Positions 35,816 through 46,062 of a DNA stretch of 64,000 bases are shown here, one piece after another; within the stretch, counting starts at the first letter, position 1, and every line of letters starts with the position of its first letter. The notes under the pieces are model-generated. The model was not told the DNA's origin. It saw only the letters and a list, made by a program, of their open reading frames with translations, and did no database searches. Origin of the DNA: a bacterium. GTDB lineage: Bacteria; RBG-13-61-14; DATKZS01. Location of the stretch: NCBI GenBank assembly GCA_963674965.2, contig CAXXFL010000001.1, positions 512,001-576,000 of the forward strand, in the 5' to 3' direction. Position numbers and translations under genes: made by a program.

Positions 35816-37543
35816 ATGACGGACATGAGCGGCGCGGAAATCCTGGTCGACTCGCTCGAGCGCGAGGGCGTTGACGTGATGTTCGGGTATCCCGGCGGGG
35901 TGCTCCTTGGCATCTTCGACGTGCTTTTCGACTCGGAGATCAACTTCATCCTCACCCGGCACGAGCAGGGGGCGTCCCACGCCGCCGACGGCTATGCCCG
36001 GAGCACGGGAAAGACCGGCGTCTGTCTGGCCACCTCGGGTCCCGGCGCCACCAACCTGGTCACGGGGATCGCCACGGCCTACATGGACTCGGTGCCCATG
36101 GTCGCCATGACCGGCCAGGTGCCGACCTCGATGATCGGGGGGGACGCCTTCCAGGAGGCCGACATCGTGGGCATAACCCGTCCCATCACCAAGCACAGCT
36201 ACCTGGTCAAGGACGTGAGGGACCTGGCCCGGACGGTCAAGGAGGCTTTCCACATCGCGAGCACGGGCAGGCCCGGCCCGGTCCTTATCGACCTGCCCAA
36301 GGACGTGATGGCGGCCAGGATGAAACACGCGCCTATCGACGGCGTCGAGCTTCGGGGCTACAAGCCCACCCTGGACGGCAACCCCAAGCAGATCGAGAGG
36401 GCGGCCAAGGCCATCGAGAAGGCCAACCAGCCGGTCATCTACGCCGGCGGTGGGGTCAACATCTCCGGCGCCTCCGAGGAAATGTTCAAGCTGGCCCAGT
36501 CGCAAAGGGTCCCCGTTACCATGACCCTCCTGGGCATGGGCTGCTTCCCCGGCTCTCACGAGCTGTCCCTTGGAATGCTCGGCATGCACGGGACCTACGC
36601 CGCCAACATGGCCATCAGCGACTGCGACGTCCTGATAGCCATCGGGGCCAGGTTCGACGACCGGGTCACCGGGAAGATTCAGGAGTTCGCGCCCAACGCC
36701 AGGATCATCCATATAGACATTGACCCGTCGGCCATCTCGAAGAACGTAAGCGTCCATATCCCCATCGTGGGCGACGTGAAACGGGTGCTGACCGAGCTTC
36801 TGAAGAAGATCAAGGCGCCCGACGACGTGAAGAAAAAGACCCGCGAGAAATGGGTCGGCCAGGTCAAGGAGTGGAAAACGGAACATCCGCTTGCCTATGA
36901 AAAAAGCGATAGCGTTATCAAGCCCCAGTTCGTGGTCGAGAAGATTTACGAGGTCACCGGGGGCGACGCCATCATCTGCACGGAAGTGGGTCAAAACCAG
37001 ATGTGGGCGGCCCAGTTTTACAAGTTCGAGAAGTCCCGCCGCTTCCTCAGCTCGGGAGGACTGGGGACCATGGGTTACGGCCTGCCCGCGGCCATCGGCG
37101 CCAAGATGGGCAACCCCGACGCGACGGTCATCGACATAGCGGGCGACGGCAGCTTCCAGATGAACGTCCAGGAGTTGGCCACGGCCGCGCAGCATTGCCT
37201 TCCCGTCAAGGTGGCCATACTGAACAACCAGTTCCTGGGCATGGTCCGGCAGTGGCAGGACATGTTCTTCAACAAGAGGTACTCCCATACCTGTCTGGCC
37301 GTCGAGCCCGACTTCAAGGCCCTGGCCGAGGCCTACGGCGCGAGGGGTTACCTGGTCACGGACCCCAAGGACGTCGTCCCCGTTTTGGAGGAGGCCCTTT
37401 TCTCGCCCGAGCCGTGCGTGATGGACTTCCGGGTGGACCGGGAGGAGAACGTATATCCCATGGTCCCGGCCGGGGAGGCCATCCGAAACATGATCCTCGG
37501 CCCGGAAAAGAAAAAAACGGGAAAGCTCCGGGCGGTCAAGTAA
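35816..37543 (+). CDS. ilvB: Acetolactate synthase large subunit
   Basis: [39 protein letters not shown] aggagg. Confidence 0.97.
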   Translation: MTDMSGAEILVDSLEREGVDVMFGYPGGVLLGIFDVLFDSEINFILTRHEQGASHAADGYARSTGKTGVCLATSGPGATNLVTGIATAYMDSVPMVAMTGQVPTSMIGGDAFQEADIVGITRPITKHSYLVKDVRDLARTVKEAFHIASTGRPGPVLIDLPKDVMAARMKHAPIDGVELRGYKPTLDGNPKQIERAAKAIEKANQPVIYAGGGVNISGASEEMFKLAQSQRVPVTMTLLGMGCFPGSHELSLGMLGMHGTYAANMAISDCDVLIAIGARFDDRVTGKIQEFAPNARIIHIDIDPSAISKNVSVHIPIVGDVKRVLTELLKKIKAPDDVKKKTREKWVGQVKEWKTEHPLAYEKSDSVIKPQFVVEKIYEVTGGDAIICTEVGQNQMWAAQFYKFEKSRRFLSSGGLGTMGYGLPAAIGAKMGNPDATVIDIAGDGSFQMNVQELATAAQHCLPVKVAILNNQFLGMVRQWQDMFFNKRYSHTCLAVEPDFKALAEAYGARGYLVTDPKDVVPVLEEALFSPEPCVMDFRVDREENVYPMVPAGEAIRNMILGPEKKKTGKLRAVK

Positions 37544-37603
37544 AAGATGAAAGCCGTCCAATCCAGGAGGAATCGGAACTCGACTCGCGCGGAGGGACTT
37601 TAA

Positions 37604-38089
37604 ATGAAGCACACTATATCGGTCATGGTGGAGAACAAGTTCGGGGTCCTGGCCCGCGTGGCCGGGCTCTTCTCGGGAAGAGGATATAACATCGAGAGTC
37701 TTTGCGTGGCGCCCATGATGGACCCGTCCGTCTCGGTCATGACCATAGTCACCCAGGGGGACGACCGGGTCATCGAGCAGGTCACCAAGCAGCTCAACAA
37801 GCTCATCGACGTCATCAAGGTCATCGACGTGACCGAGAGCGACTATATCGACCGGGAACTGATGCTGGTGCGGGTCTCGGCCGAGCGGGAAAAGCGCGAC
37901 GAGATCATGCGGGTGGCCCAGATATTCAAGTCCAGGGTGGTGGACGTGGGACCGAAAACCCTGACCCTCGAGGTCACGGGAACGGACGACAAGCTCGACG
38001 CGGTGCTCCGGATTCTGCGGCCCCTCGGGATAAGGGAACTGGTGCGCTCGGGCAAGGTCGCCATGCTCCGGGCCGACCCCAGGAAATAG
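37604..38089 (+). CDS. ilvN: Acetolactate synthase small subunit
   Basis: VENKFGVLARVAGLFSGRGYNIESL, KQLNKLIDV. Confidence 0.96.
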   Translation: MKHTISVMVENKFGVLARVAGLFSGRGYNIESLCVAPMMDPSVSVMTIVTQGDDRVIEQVTKQLNKLIDVIKVIDVTESDYIDRELMLVRVSAEREKRDEIMRVAQIFKSRVVDVGPKTLTLEVTGTDDKLDAVLRILRPLGIRELVRSGKVAMLRADPRK

Positions 38090-38092
38090 GCC

Positions 38093-38812
38093 TCAGGTCG
38101 GCCAGTGGGCCATGAAAATGTCCTCCCAGTGCTTGAGGTCGTCGGCCTCGATCGACATGGCCGTGATGTTGACGCCGGCGTTTAAAATAGTCACGGCGTT
38201 CAAGTTGGCGTCCCCATCCTCGTATCTCACCGCGCCCAGGCGGTTGAAAAAGGCGTTGTTCACCTCGTAGACCTCGTTGAAGAACTCGACCAGGCGGGAA
38301 AGGTCCCAGTCCGGCGCGCCCCCGTTCTTGTGCATGAAGTATTGGGCCATCATGTACATCGAGATCACGCGGTAGGTGGTTTCCTCCCAGGTGGCGAAGG
38401 GAAGATGGGTCTCGACCATGGGCCTCATCTTGTTCAAGATGGGGCAGCCGGCGCTGACCATGTATATTCCCATAAGAGAACTGGCCACCGTCTGGAGGGG
38501 GACTTTCTTGAAGTAATCCCTTTGCTCGGTCTCGATCCTTACCTCGACCTCCTCGAAGGACTTCGAGTGCTTGAAAAAATCTATCAGGTCGAAAAGACTG
38601 GCCGCCACCGGGCAACGCGGACTCGTGGCCGGATCGAGAGAGCAGTTGGGACACTTGTTGAACTCGAGGGCGGTCCATTCCGGAGCGTCCGTTGGCCTCT
38701 CGGAGACAAGGTCCAGACTGTCCCGGTCAAGCCTGACGGTGAAACGCTTCTGCCGCCCGTCGTCGAACTTGACGTCGTAAACGAAATTGATGGGTTCCGC
38801 GCCATCGCTCAT
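38093..38812 (-). CDS. Conserved hypothetical protein with a Cys motif (DUF6901-like)
   Basis: WT.LEFNKCPNC...CP, GCP....RPM...HLPFA; RBS aggagg. Confidence 0.7.
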   Translation of the reverse strand: MSDGAEPINFVYDVKFDDGRQKRFTVRLDRDSLDLVSERPTDAPEWTALEFNKCPNCSLDPATSPRCPVAASLFDLIDFFKHSKSFEEVEVRIETEQRDYFKKVPLQTVASSLMGIYMVSAGCPILNKMRPMVETHLPFATWEETTYRVISMYMMAQYFMHKNGGAPDWDLSRLVEFFNEVYEVNNAFFNRLGAVRYEDGDANLNAVTILNAGVNITAMSIEADDLKHWEDIFMAHWPT

Positions 38813-39088
38813 GATGGACTCCTCCTTGCATGTTTTTCATGGACGGCCGAGACGGCGTCCGCCCGGGTCCCCAGTGAAAGGCCGCGTCGGCTGAAATGAT
38901 TATAGAACGCCCCGTTCGTTTTGCAAAAGGAGATTCCTCGGCGAGGGCAAAAGCTCCACCTTAACGACGCGAGTTGTACTCCTCAGCCGCGTATACATCA
39001 TCTAAATCGTGAAGCGCTCTAATATAGATTAGAACCCGATTCCGTGCTACTATATCGAGTATCATGTAACGAAAAAGGAGAACGGCCA

Positions 39089-39280
39089 ATGTGCGAATCC
39101 ACCGCTTACCTCTTAAAAGGTGAAGACGAGGAACTCTTCCTCAAGGACGTGGTCAAGGTCACTCCGCAGGAAAACGGAAAACTCCTGGTAGAAAGCCTGC
39201 TTGGAGACCAGAAAGAACTGACCGGACATATCCGGGAGATCGACTTCATGCTCCATAAAATTACGCTTGTCGAGGCTTGA
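39089..39280 (+). CDS. CooT-family small nickel-binding protein
   Basis: MCES start and IDF..HKI C-terminus; RBS aggag. Confidence 0.85.
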   Translation: MCESTAYLLKGEDEELFLKDVVKVTPQENGKLLVESLLGDQKELTGHIREIDFMLHKITLVEA

Positions 39281-39346
39281 TCTCAAACAATAATTATTCC
39301 CGATAATGAGAAAATATCGCGGATTTCAGTTTCTTCGAGGGGATAA

Positions 39347-39502
39347 TCATTCCTCCATCTCCCGCTCGATATCCCTTCTTCCTCGCTTGCGGTCATAGCC
39401 CCTTTTGCCCTTGGGAGTGCCCAGGGGACGTCCGCTTTGGCGGGGAAGAGGCAGCCTGATCTTAATCCTTTTGCCTTTGCTCTTTTTTCTTTTCTTACGC
39501 AT
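39347..39502 (-). CDS. Small basic protein resembling ribosome rescue factor ArfA
   Basis: 51 aa; PLPRQ...KGKRGYDRK; ATG 2 nt after the upstream phosphatase stop. Confidence 0.55.
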   Translation of the reverse strand: MRKKRKKSKGKRIKIRLPLPRQSGRPLGTPKGKRGYDRKRGRRDIEREMEE

Positions 39503-39504
39503 GT

Positions 39505-40134
39505 TCACTCTCGCGGCTTGGGTGGGAAGGAACCGGGCCGGTGGTTCTTCACGAATTTCTCCAGGTCGTGCCATAACTCGTTATGGCCGAAGTATTCCAT
39601 CTCGGCCGCGGCCTCCTCATTGGCCCATCCGTCCCGCTCCATTCGGTACAGCCCGCTCATCATGCCCGTCCGGTCGATACCCAGGGTACAGTGGATGTAA
39701 ACGGGCCGCTTGGCCGGGTCGTCCACGATGGAGAAAAACTTTGCGATGAAATCAGGTCCCGGCGGCTCCGAGGGATTGATGGGCATCCAATAATACTCGA
39801 ACCCGGCGGCCCTGGCCTCATCCTCATAGTCGTGGGACTCCCGGTAGCGGAAATTGATTATAGTGCGGACGCCCAGCCTCTTGAGGACGCCCAGGTCGTC
39901 CTTCGGATATGCCCCGCGATAAAGTCCCGGGTTGATCCGGGCCACGTATTCTATGTCGCCTATATCCTTGATCTTCACCGCGTAGCGGTCCTGGCGGGGG
40001 GCCTGGAGAAAAGCGCGGTAAAAGGGAGTATAGCCGCCCAGGAGAATGGCGACGACGGCCGCCGCCAGGGCGAGGAGCAGACCGGCGACAAGGACCGGCC
40101 TTGGCCGTTTCTTTTTTTCTTTTTCAGGTTCCAC
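39505..40134 (-). CDS. Membrane-anchored tyrosine/dual-specificity phosphatase-family protein
   Basis: P-loop HCTLGIDRTG; N-terminal TM helix; LYRGAYP. Confidence 0.88.
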   Translation of the reverse strand: MEPEKEKKKRPRPVLVAGLLLALAAAVVAILLGGYTPFYRAFLQAPRQDRYAVKIKDIGDIEYVARINPGLYRGAYPKDDLGVLKRLGVRTIINFRYRESHDYEDEARAAGFEYYWMPINPSEPPGPDFIAKFFSIVDDPAKRPVYIHCTLGIDRTGMMSGLYRMERDGWANEEAAAEMEYFGHNELWHDLEKFVKNHRPGSFPPKPRE

Positions 40135-40137
40135 GCC

Positions 40138-41067
40138 TCACCCCAATATCAAGCCCTTCTCTATCGATCTCCCGGCCAGATATTCGGCCACCCTCATCAT
40201 CCTTTTTCCCGGCGGCTGAAGCTCGCCTATCAGCACGGCCCCTCGGCCGCAGCGGGCGAGCACTCCTCCCGGCCCGGCCTCGATAACCTCCCCCGGCGCT
40301 CCCGACTTTACGGCGTCCACTGCCGCCAGGCCCGAGACCTTGACCGTCAGGTCCCCGATCCGGGTGAATGAACCGGGCCAGGGATCGAAGGCCCGTGACC
40401 GGCGCTCGATCATGGCCGCGTCCATGGACCAGTCGATCCGGCCGTCCTCCTTTTTCAGCATGGGAGCGCAGCCGGCAAGGGACTCGTCCTGCGGCTCGGG
40501 CTTTATGGACCCGTCCTCCAGCCCCGCCAGGGTCTCGACCACCAGCTCCCCGCTGACCACCGCCAGCTCGTCGTGCAGGGACCCGCCCGTATGGTCGGCC
40601 CTGATCCCGACCTCCCGGCGGAGAAGGACGTCCCCCGTGTCCACGCCCTCGTTCATGAGCATGGTCGTGACGCCCGTCGTCTCGTCGCCGTTGGCGATGG
40701 CCCACTGGATGGGCGCCGCGCCCCGGTAGCGGGGAAGGAGGGAGGCGTGGGCGTTGACGCATCCGAGCCGGGGCAGCGAAAGCACGTCGGTTTTCAGTAT
40801 CTGTCCGAAGGCCACCACCACCACCGCGTCGGGCCGGAGCAAGGAAAGGCGCTCGAAGGCCCCCTCCTCGCCGAGCCTTTCCGGCTGGAACACGGGAACG
40901 CCCATCTCGAGCGCCGCGACCTTGACCGGCGGGGGACAAAGCGCTCGCTTTCTTCCCTTCGGCCGGTCGGGCTGAGTGACGGCCAGGACCGTGTCATGCC
41001 CGGCCTCGGCCAGGGCCCTTAAAGTGGGGACCGAAAAATCGGGCGTGCCCATGAATATTATTCTCAA
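40138..41067 (-). CDS. fmt: Methionyl-tRNA formyltransferase
   Basis: FMGTPDF, TQPDRPKGR, NAHASLLPRYRGAAPI. Confidence 0.97.
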   Translation of the reverse strand: MRIIFMGTPDFSVPTLRALAEAGHDTVLAVTQPDRPKGRKRALCPPPVKVAALEMGVPVFQPERLGEEGAFERLSLLRPDAVVVVAFGQILKTDVLSLPRLGCVNAHASLLPRYRGAAPIQWAIANGDETTGVTTMLMNEGVDTGDVLLRREVGIRADHTGGSLHDELAVVSGELVVETLAGLEDGSIKPEPQDESLAGCAPMLKKEDGRIDWSMDAAMIERRSRAFDPWPGSFTRIGDLTVKVSGLAAVDAVKSGAPGEVIEAGPGGVLARCGRGAVLIGELQPPGKRMMRVAEYLAGRSIEKGLILG

Positions 41068-41121
41068 AGCTCCTGCTCCATTGGACCGGTCTGAAAAGTC
41101 TTGCGGGACGCTCGGGAAGCG

Positions 41122-41853
41122 TCAGCGGTTAAAAAGCTCTCCCGTGAAATTGAGCCACTGCATATAATTGTGAATAAGGAAGAAGCGCCACCAGAAGGCC
41201 GTCCGATTCATTACCTCCAGCCGTCCTATATCCATTTCGTTAACCAGGTCTTCTCCGCCCAGGGCCAGGAGAATATCTCTCCACTTTTGCCGCTGCGCCT
41301 CCATGACCAGGCGCGGCCTGAAACCAAGGCGAAGATAATGCTTGATGGCGGGAAGACGGAAATCCTCGGTCTGAAGCATGGCCGACCGAAAGCCCTGCTC
41401 CCGGAATCTTTGCAAACAGGCCGCCGCCAGCCAGTAGCCGAGCCCGGCGCCGCAGTGGTCCTTTTTAATGCCCAGCATGTGGACGTAGCCGCGGCATCTT
41501 TCCACGCCTGGCCACCTGAAGGCGGAGGCCGAGCCAACGGGCGCGCCGTCCCTGAGCAAAAAGATCACCCGGTCGGGCCTGAAACCGAAGTGGGGCCTCA
41601 TAAGCCTCCGGAACCTTACGGCGCTCCAGTAAGGACTGAAGGCCTCGGTCATGATCTCTCCCCAGGCCTCCTCGTCTCCATCCCTGAAGTCGCGAAGCTC
41701 GAAACCCGAGGGCAGACAAAGCTTTGGCAGCCCCTCCAGGTCGTCCCTCACGAGCTCGAGCTGGGGAAACTGGTACTCGCTACGGCCGTGGACTTCCTCC
41801 CAGCCGCCCTTGCCGCCAAGGAAATACCCCTCGATATGGTCGCCTATTTTCAT
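41122..41853 (-). CDS. GNAT-family N-acetyltransferase
   Basis: VHMLGIKKDHCGAGLG (motif A), TEDFRLPAIKHYLRLGF. Confidence 0.85.
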   Translation of the reverse strand: MKIGDHIEGYFLGGKGGWEEVHGRSEYQFPQLELVRDDLEGLPKLCLPSGFELRDFRDGDEEAWGEIMTEAFSPYWSAVRFRRLMRPHFGFRPDRVIFLLRDGAPVGSASAFRWPGVERCRGYVHMLGIKKDHCGAGLGYWLAAACLQRFREQGFRSAMLQTEDFRLPAIKHYLRLGFRPRLVMEAQRQKWRDILLALGGEDLVNEMDIGRLEVMNRTAFWWRFFLIHNYMQWLNFTGELFNR

Positions 41854-41880
41854 GTCACCGGAAAAAGAGCGCGGCCCCGG

Positions 41881-43890
41881 TCAATCGAGACTGAACTCGA
41901 CAAGGCCAGGCGAGCGGCCTATTTCGACTTCTCCGCCCCCCACCGCCTTGACCACCATGCCGTAACGGCCCGGCTCGAGCATGGTCCCCATGGATTTGGA
42001 TATGTCGCCAAGGGGGGCCTCGTTCCGGTCGAAACGGGCGCCCTCGGTCATGACCGTCATGGCCCGGCCGCCGCCTCCATCACCCTCGATTTTATACAGG
42101 TCCACCTCGTAATGACTGGCCCCCTTAGCGGGCCTCCATTTAAGCTCGAAGTCCCGGGCCTCCCCAAAGGAAATCGACTGGCCGTTGTGGGGGGACAAAA
42201 CCTCGAGCCGCTCGACGAAGCCGGCCTCGAAGGCCAGCGGCCCATTATCGCCCTCCACCGCCTTGAAGGAACCGGGCGGTCCCGTGAGGTTGGTGAAATC
42301 GTAAAGATCCTCGAGGGCGCCGGGAACGTAAACCAAATCCGAAAGCGCCGGCTCGCTGGGACGAGGATAATTGATTATCCTGAGGCCGTTGTAAACGTAG
42401 TTGCCAGGAGGAAGACTCACCGTGAAAGAACCGTCCGTCCCCGCCTGGACCGGCGTGGTGGCGCGGGAACAGCCGTCGAGAATAAGCTGGACCTCGGCCC
42501 CGGAAAGGCCTCGGCCCGCGGCCGTCACTCTTCCACGGATAAGGGCCTTGCCCTTGTCAAGCCTTGCCGGAGCGTCGCACTGATCGATCTCTCCGATTAT
42601 CTCGAGGGCCTCCTCCTTGGCCGCGGCCGAGCCGAAGGTCGTCCTAGGCTTGAGGCTCGAGCCCTTTTCCTCCGCGCGATCGGCCTCCTCCGTTTTTCCC
42701 ATCGACCGGAGCACCCGGGCAAAGTCGAAATACACCCGGTAATTTTCAGGGTCGGCCTCGATTATCTCCGAGTAGGTATGGGCCGCGCCGCTTAAGTCGC
42801 CGGCCGTCTCCTGGGCCATGGCCAGGGGAAGCATGGCCGCGTGCCTGGCTATCCCGGGAGGACCCCCGTTGGCCAGGGACTTGGACAGGTACTCCGCCGC
42901 CTGGGAGGCGTCGGCCTTGTTCGCCTCCGCTTTCGAGCTATAGGCCATGCTGACGCCGAGGTAATAAAGGACCCGAGGATCGTCGGGCGTCACCTGGACC
43001 GAGGTCTGGAAAAAACGGCGCGAGGCCCGGTAGTCGCCGCGCTGCTCGAAAGCCACGCCCGCCGCCGCCAGGCGGCTCGAGTCGATCCTTTGCGCGGCCG
43101 TTCCGGACCTGGCCTCCTTGACCGCGTCAAGGTGCTCGATGACGAGCCGCGCCGCCTCGAGGCCCTCGTCGTCCTCGAGCGCGCCGTAGGCGCTCTTCCT
43201 GGCCCCCTCGAAATCGTCGGACATGTAGCGCCCCACCGCCAGGTAAAGGCCCTCACGGGCGCCGCCGCCCTTGTCCCAGGCCTTATCGAGAAAAGGCATG
43301 GCGTCGTTTATCCTGTCCATCTCGAGATAGAACCGTCCCACCGCCACGTTCCACTCGGCCGTGCCCGACACCGAGGAGGGAACACGGCCGATCATGGCGT
43401 CTCCCGCCTTTTCCGCCCGCATGAGGCGGTTGGCGTCCATCTGCCCGGCCCAGGCCGAGGCGTTGCCGCCGTCGATCTTCCAGGCCTCGGAAAAGTCCTT
43501 TAAGGCGGCCGACAGTATGGTCGCCCTCTCTTCCTCGGACTGGGAGGACGGCAGGGCCGGGTCCAGGACCACGAGACGGCATTTGCCGGAAAGGACAAGG
43601 TCGGAGGACGGAAGAGCGGAGCCGGAGGAGGCCGCCGCCTCGAAGCGCCGGAGGGCCTTCTCGGCGTTGTCCCTGGCGTTTTCCCTGTAGCCCTGGGACT
43701 TCTCCACGCTGGTGGGACCGCCGCCGGACATGGCCACGGCGTCGTAATACTTATCCATAAAGGCCAGCGCCTTGCCCGCGTAGGAGCGGGCCTGGGCAAG
43801 TTCCGCGCTCTCGGCGGCCAAGACCTTGCCCATAAAAACGGCCAGGAGTAGAACAAAAACCCCAATCAGTGATTTATTTAAGCGAGACAT
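41881..43890 (-). CDS. Secreted TPR protein with a C-terminal carboxypeptidase-regulatory-like beta domain
   Basis: Signal peptide; TPR helices; IRGRVT...GAEVQL...TDGSF...LPPGNY. Confidence 0.75.
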   Translation of the reverse strand: MSRLNKSLIGVFVLLLAVFMGKVLAAESAELAQARSYAGKALAFMDKYYDAVAMSGGGPTSVEKSQGYRENARDNAEKALRRFEAAASSGSALPSSDLVLSGKCRLVVLDPALPSSQSEEERATILSAALKDFSEAWKIDGGNASAWAGQMDANRLMRAEKAGDAMIGRVPSSVSGTAEWNVAVGRFYLEMDRINDAMPFLDKAWDKGGGAREGLYLAVGRYMSDDFEGARKSAYGALEDDEGLEAARLVIEHLDAVKEARSGTAAQRIDSSRLAAAGVAFEQRGDYRASRRFFQTSVQVTPDDPRVLYYLGVSMAYSSKAEANKADASQAAEYLSKSLANGGPPGIARHAAMLPLAMAQETAGDLSGAAHTYSEIIEADPENYRVYFDFARVLRSMGKTEEADRAEEKGSSLKPRTTFGSAAAKEEALEIIGEIDQCDAPARLDKGKALIRGRVTAAGRGLSGAEVQLILDGCSRATTPVQAGTDGSFTVSLPPGNYVYNGLRIINYPRPSEPALSDLVYVPGALEDLYDFTNLTGPPGSFKAVEGDNGPLAFEAGFVERLEVLSPHNGQSISFGEARDFELKWRPAKGASHYEVDLYKIEGDGGGGRAMTVMTEGARFDRNEAPLGDISKSMGTMLEPGRYGMVVKAVGGGEVEIGRSPGLVEFSLD

Positions 43891-43934
43891 GTCAATTTAT
43901 CCGCGCGGGATAAAGTTCTTTCCCCGTTTTTATA

Positions 43935-45365
43935 TCATACTTTTTTCAGCTTCCATTTGCCAGTCCACACCCTGAAGGTCATGATAAGTATCCTTAATAT
44001 CAGGTCCGGGAACATGGAAAGAAATACTATCTGCACCGGCGGATGAAAGACGGCGTAAACCGCGGCCGCCATGATCACTCGGCCGCCGTACATGCCCACC
44101 GAGGAGGCCACCAGGGGAGGAATGGTGTCGCCCGCGCCCCTCAGCCCGCCGGCGATGGGAAAGGACAGCCCCATAAGAGGCATAACCAGCATTAAAAGAA
44201 AAATGTATTCCCTGGCGTACTCGATGGGGTCCTCGAAGCCCGACGCGTGGAGGGACTCCCCCTGCAAGGACCCGAAAAGCCACTCGATCACTCCGGGCGT
44301 GGCGGCCTCGTAAAGACCAATGCCCATGACGGCCATCATCACGAACCCGAGCATGGCGCAGCGCCGGAAAGCCATCTCCGCCCTGGCGTGGTCTCCGGCC
44401 CCCAGCGACTGTCCCACTATGGTGGTGGCCGCCGTCTGCACGCCAAAGGCCGGGGTCTGTACCAGTCCCACTATCCCGAAACCGATGAAGTAGCCCGCCG
44501 CCGCCGTCTCGCCGTATTTGTAGACGATGCCAACGTAAACCAGGAGTCCCACCTGAATAAGTATCCACTCCATGGCGGAGGGAACGCCGATCTTGAAGAT
44601 GGAAACGCCGATCTCGTTTATGGGCCGCCAGCCGCGGCGAGGCAGCTTGAGAACGGCCTTGTTCAAGACGAAGACCAGGATGAGCAAGGCCGAGAAAACC
44701 CCGAAGGAAATTATTATGGCCAGGGCCGCGCCGAACACCTCGAGACGGGGCAGGCCAAAGCCCCCCAGGATCAAGCCGTAGGACAAAACGAGTGACAGAA
44801 CGCCCATGACCAGGCCCGCGAACATGGGGGTCCTGGTGTCGCCCGCCCCTCGAAGTCCGGAGCTTAAAAAAAAGCCCGGCACGATGACGGGAGCGGCCAG
44901 AAAAAGGGAGGTCATGAAAAGGGCCCCCTGCCTGGCCGACTCGGGTGAGGCCGTAATCAGATGGAAGATTACCCTCGAGAGGGGAACGCCCAGGATCGCG
45001 ATAAGCAGCGCCAAAAGCTCGCCGTAGATAAGGCTCTGCTGAAGTACCTCTCCTGCCTTGCGCCTGTCGCCCGCTCCCCAGTGCCTGGCCACCAGGGCCG
45101 TCGTGCCCACGCCCACCGCCGCGATGACCGTGATGATGACGAAAAATATCATCATGCCCACGTTCACCGCGTTAAAAGCCGTGGGCCCCAGTTTGCTGAC
45201 GATTATCCTCGAGACGAAACCAACCGCCGCGTTAAGTCCCTGCCCGATGAACACCGGCCAGGCCAGCCTCCATATCTCCCGGTAAAGCGCGGTAAGATCG
45301 CCCGCGCCGCCGCCGTCCCGAAACAACGAGGTCCGGATGGACGCGCTCGGAACGGGAACGGTCAT
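43935..45365 (-). CDS. MATE-family efflux transporter/flippase
   Basis: WRLAWP, LRGAGDTRTPM repeated in both halves, ~12 TM. Confidence 0.92.
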   Translation of the reverse strand: MTVPVPSASIRTSLFRDGGGAGDLTALYREIWRLAWPVFIGQGLNAAVGFVSRIIVSKLGPTAFNAVNVGMMIFFVIITVIAAVGVGTTALVARHWGAGDRRKAGEVLQQSLIYGELLALLIAILGVPLSRVIFHLITASPESARQGALFMTSLFLAAPVIVPGFFLSSGLRGAGDTRTPMFAGLVMGVLSLVLSYGLILGGFGLPRLEVFGAALAIIISFGVFSALLILVFVLNKAVLKLPRRGWRPINEIGVSIFKIGVPSAMEWILIQVGLLVYVGIVYKYGETAAAGYFIGFGIVGLVQTPAFGVQTAATTIVGQSLGAGDHARAEMAFRRCAMLGFVMMAVMGIGLYEAATPGVIEWLFGSLQGESLHASGFEDPIEYAREYIFLLMLVMPLMGLSFPIAGGLRGAGDTIPPLVASSVGMYGGRVIMAAAVYAVFHPPVQIVFLSMFPDLILRILIMTFRVWTGKWKLKKV

Positions 45366-45387
45366 GAAAGAGGACCTCTTTCAGCGC

Positions 45388-46062
45388 TCATCGCGTGGCC
45401 CACGATTGAAGGATCAAGAAAAAAAAGTTGCCGCCTCCGTGAGCCAGGGCCGGGACCAGGATCGAGCCCGACCTCTCCCTGAAAAGCCCGAAAAGGAGCC
45501 CGGGGAAAAACACCAGAAGATGGATGGGGTTGCTTCGCGAGATCAGGTGGCCTAAAGCAAAAAGGGCCGAGGCGATAAAAAGGCCCGGCCCGAACTCGGC
45601 CCCGAAAAGGGTCCACCTTTTGGGAAGAAGGCCGCTGAGTCTTTCCTGGAGCCAGCCCCGGAAAAAGACCTCCTCGGGAAGGGCCACACCTAACAGGTGC
45701 CACGTGGCCAGGCCCCAAAAGTTCTCGGGCGCCTTGGCCGCGAACTCGTGACCCAGGACGAAACGGAAAAGGACGTACCATCCAATCAGGAAAGCCGGAA
45801 GCACGGCAAGGAAAAAAACCGCCAACTCGAGGCCGGCGTCTCGCCAGTCGGGGAAACGAAGCCCGACCGTCTCCAGTCCGCGCCTTCCGATAAGGCACGC
45901 GGCGATGGGGGCGTACAGGAACGTCGCCGGTACCAGCCAGTATTTGGTTCTTCCCGCGGGGAAGAAGGAAAGGGCGGCCGCCGCCAGGGAAAGGACCAGG
46001 AAAATTTCCAGGAGTTTTTTTCCCGCCGGCCCGGTGACGGCCGGTGAAGGGTTATTCTCCAG
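45388..46062 (-). CDS. CPBP/Abi intramembrane glutamic protease, myxosortase-like; probable CTG start
   Basis: EEVFFRG, FALGH, FFPGLLFG.FRERSGS, AH...N; frame open for 79 codons upstream of TTG 45825, back to CTG 46062. Confidence 0.75.
   Translation of the reverse strand: MENNPSPAVTGPAGKKLLEIFLVLSLAAAALSFFPAGRTKYWLVPATFLYAPIAACLIGRRGLETVGLRFPDWRDAGLELAVFFLAVLPAFLIGWYVLFRFVLGHEFAAKAPENFWGLATWHLLGVALPEEVFFRGWLQERLSGLLPKRWTLFGAEFGPGLFIASALFALGHLISRSNPIHLLVFFPGLLFGLFRERSGSILVPALAHGGGNFFFLILQSWATR

Noticed and set aside
39044-39072. NikR-like site GTGCTAC...GTAAC upstream of cooT
   Set aside because: Spacing and right half-site fit poorly, and the left half is explained by an extended -10
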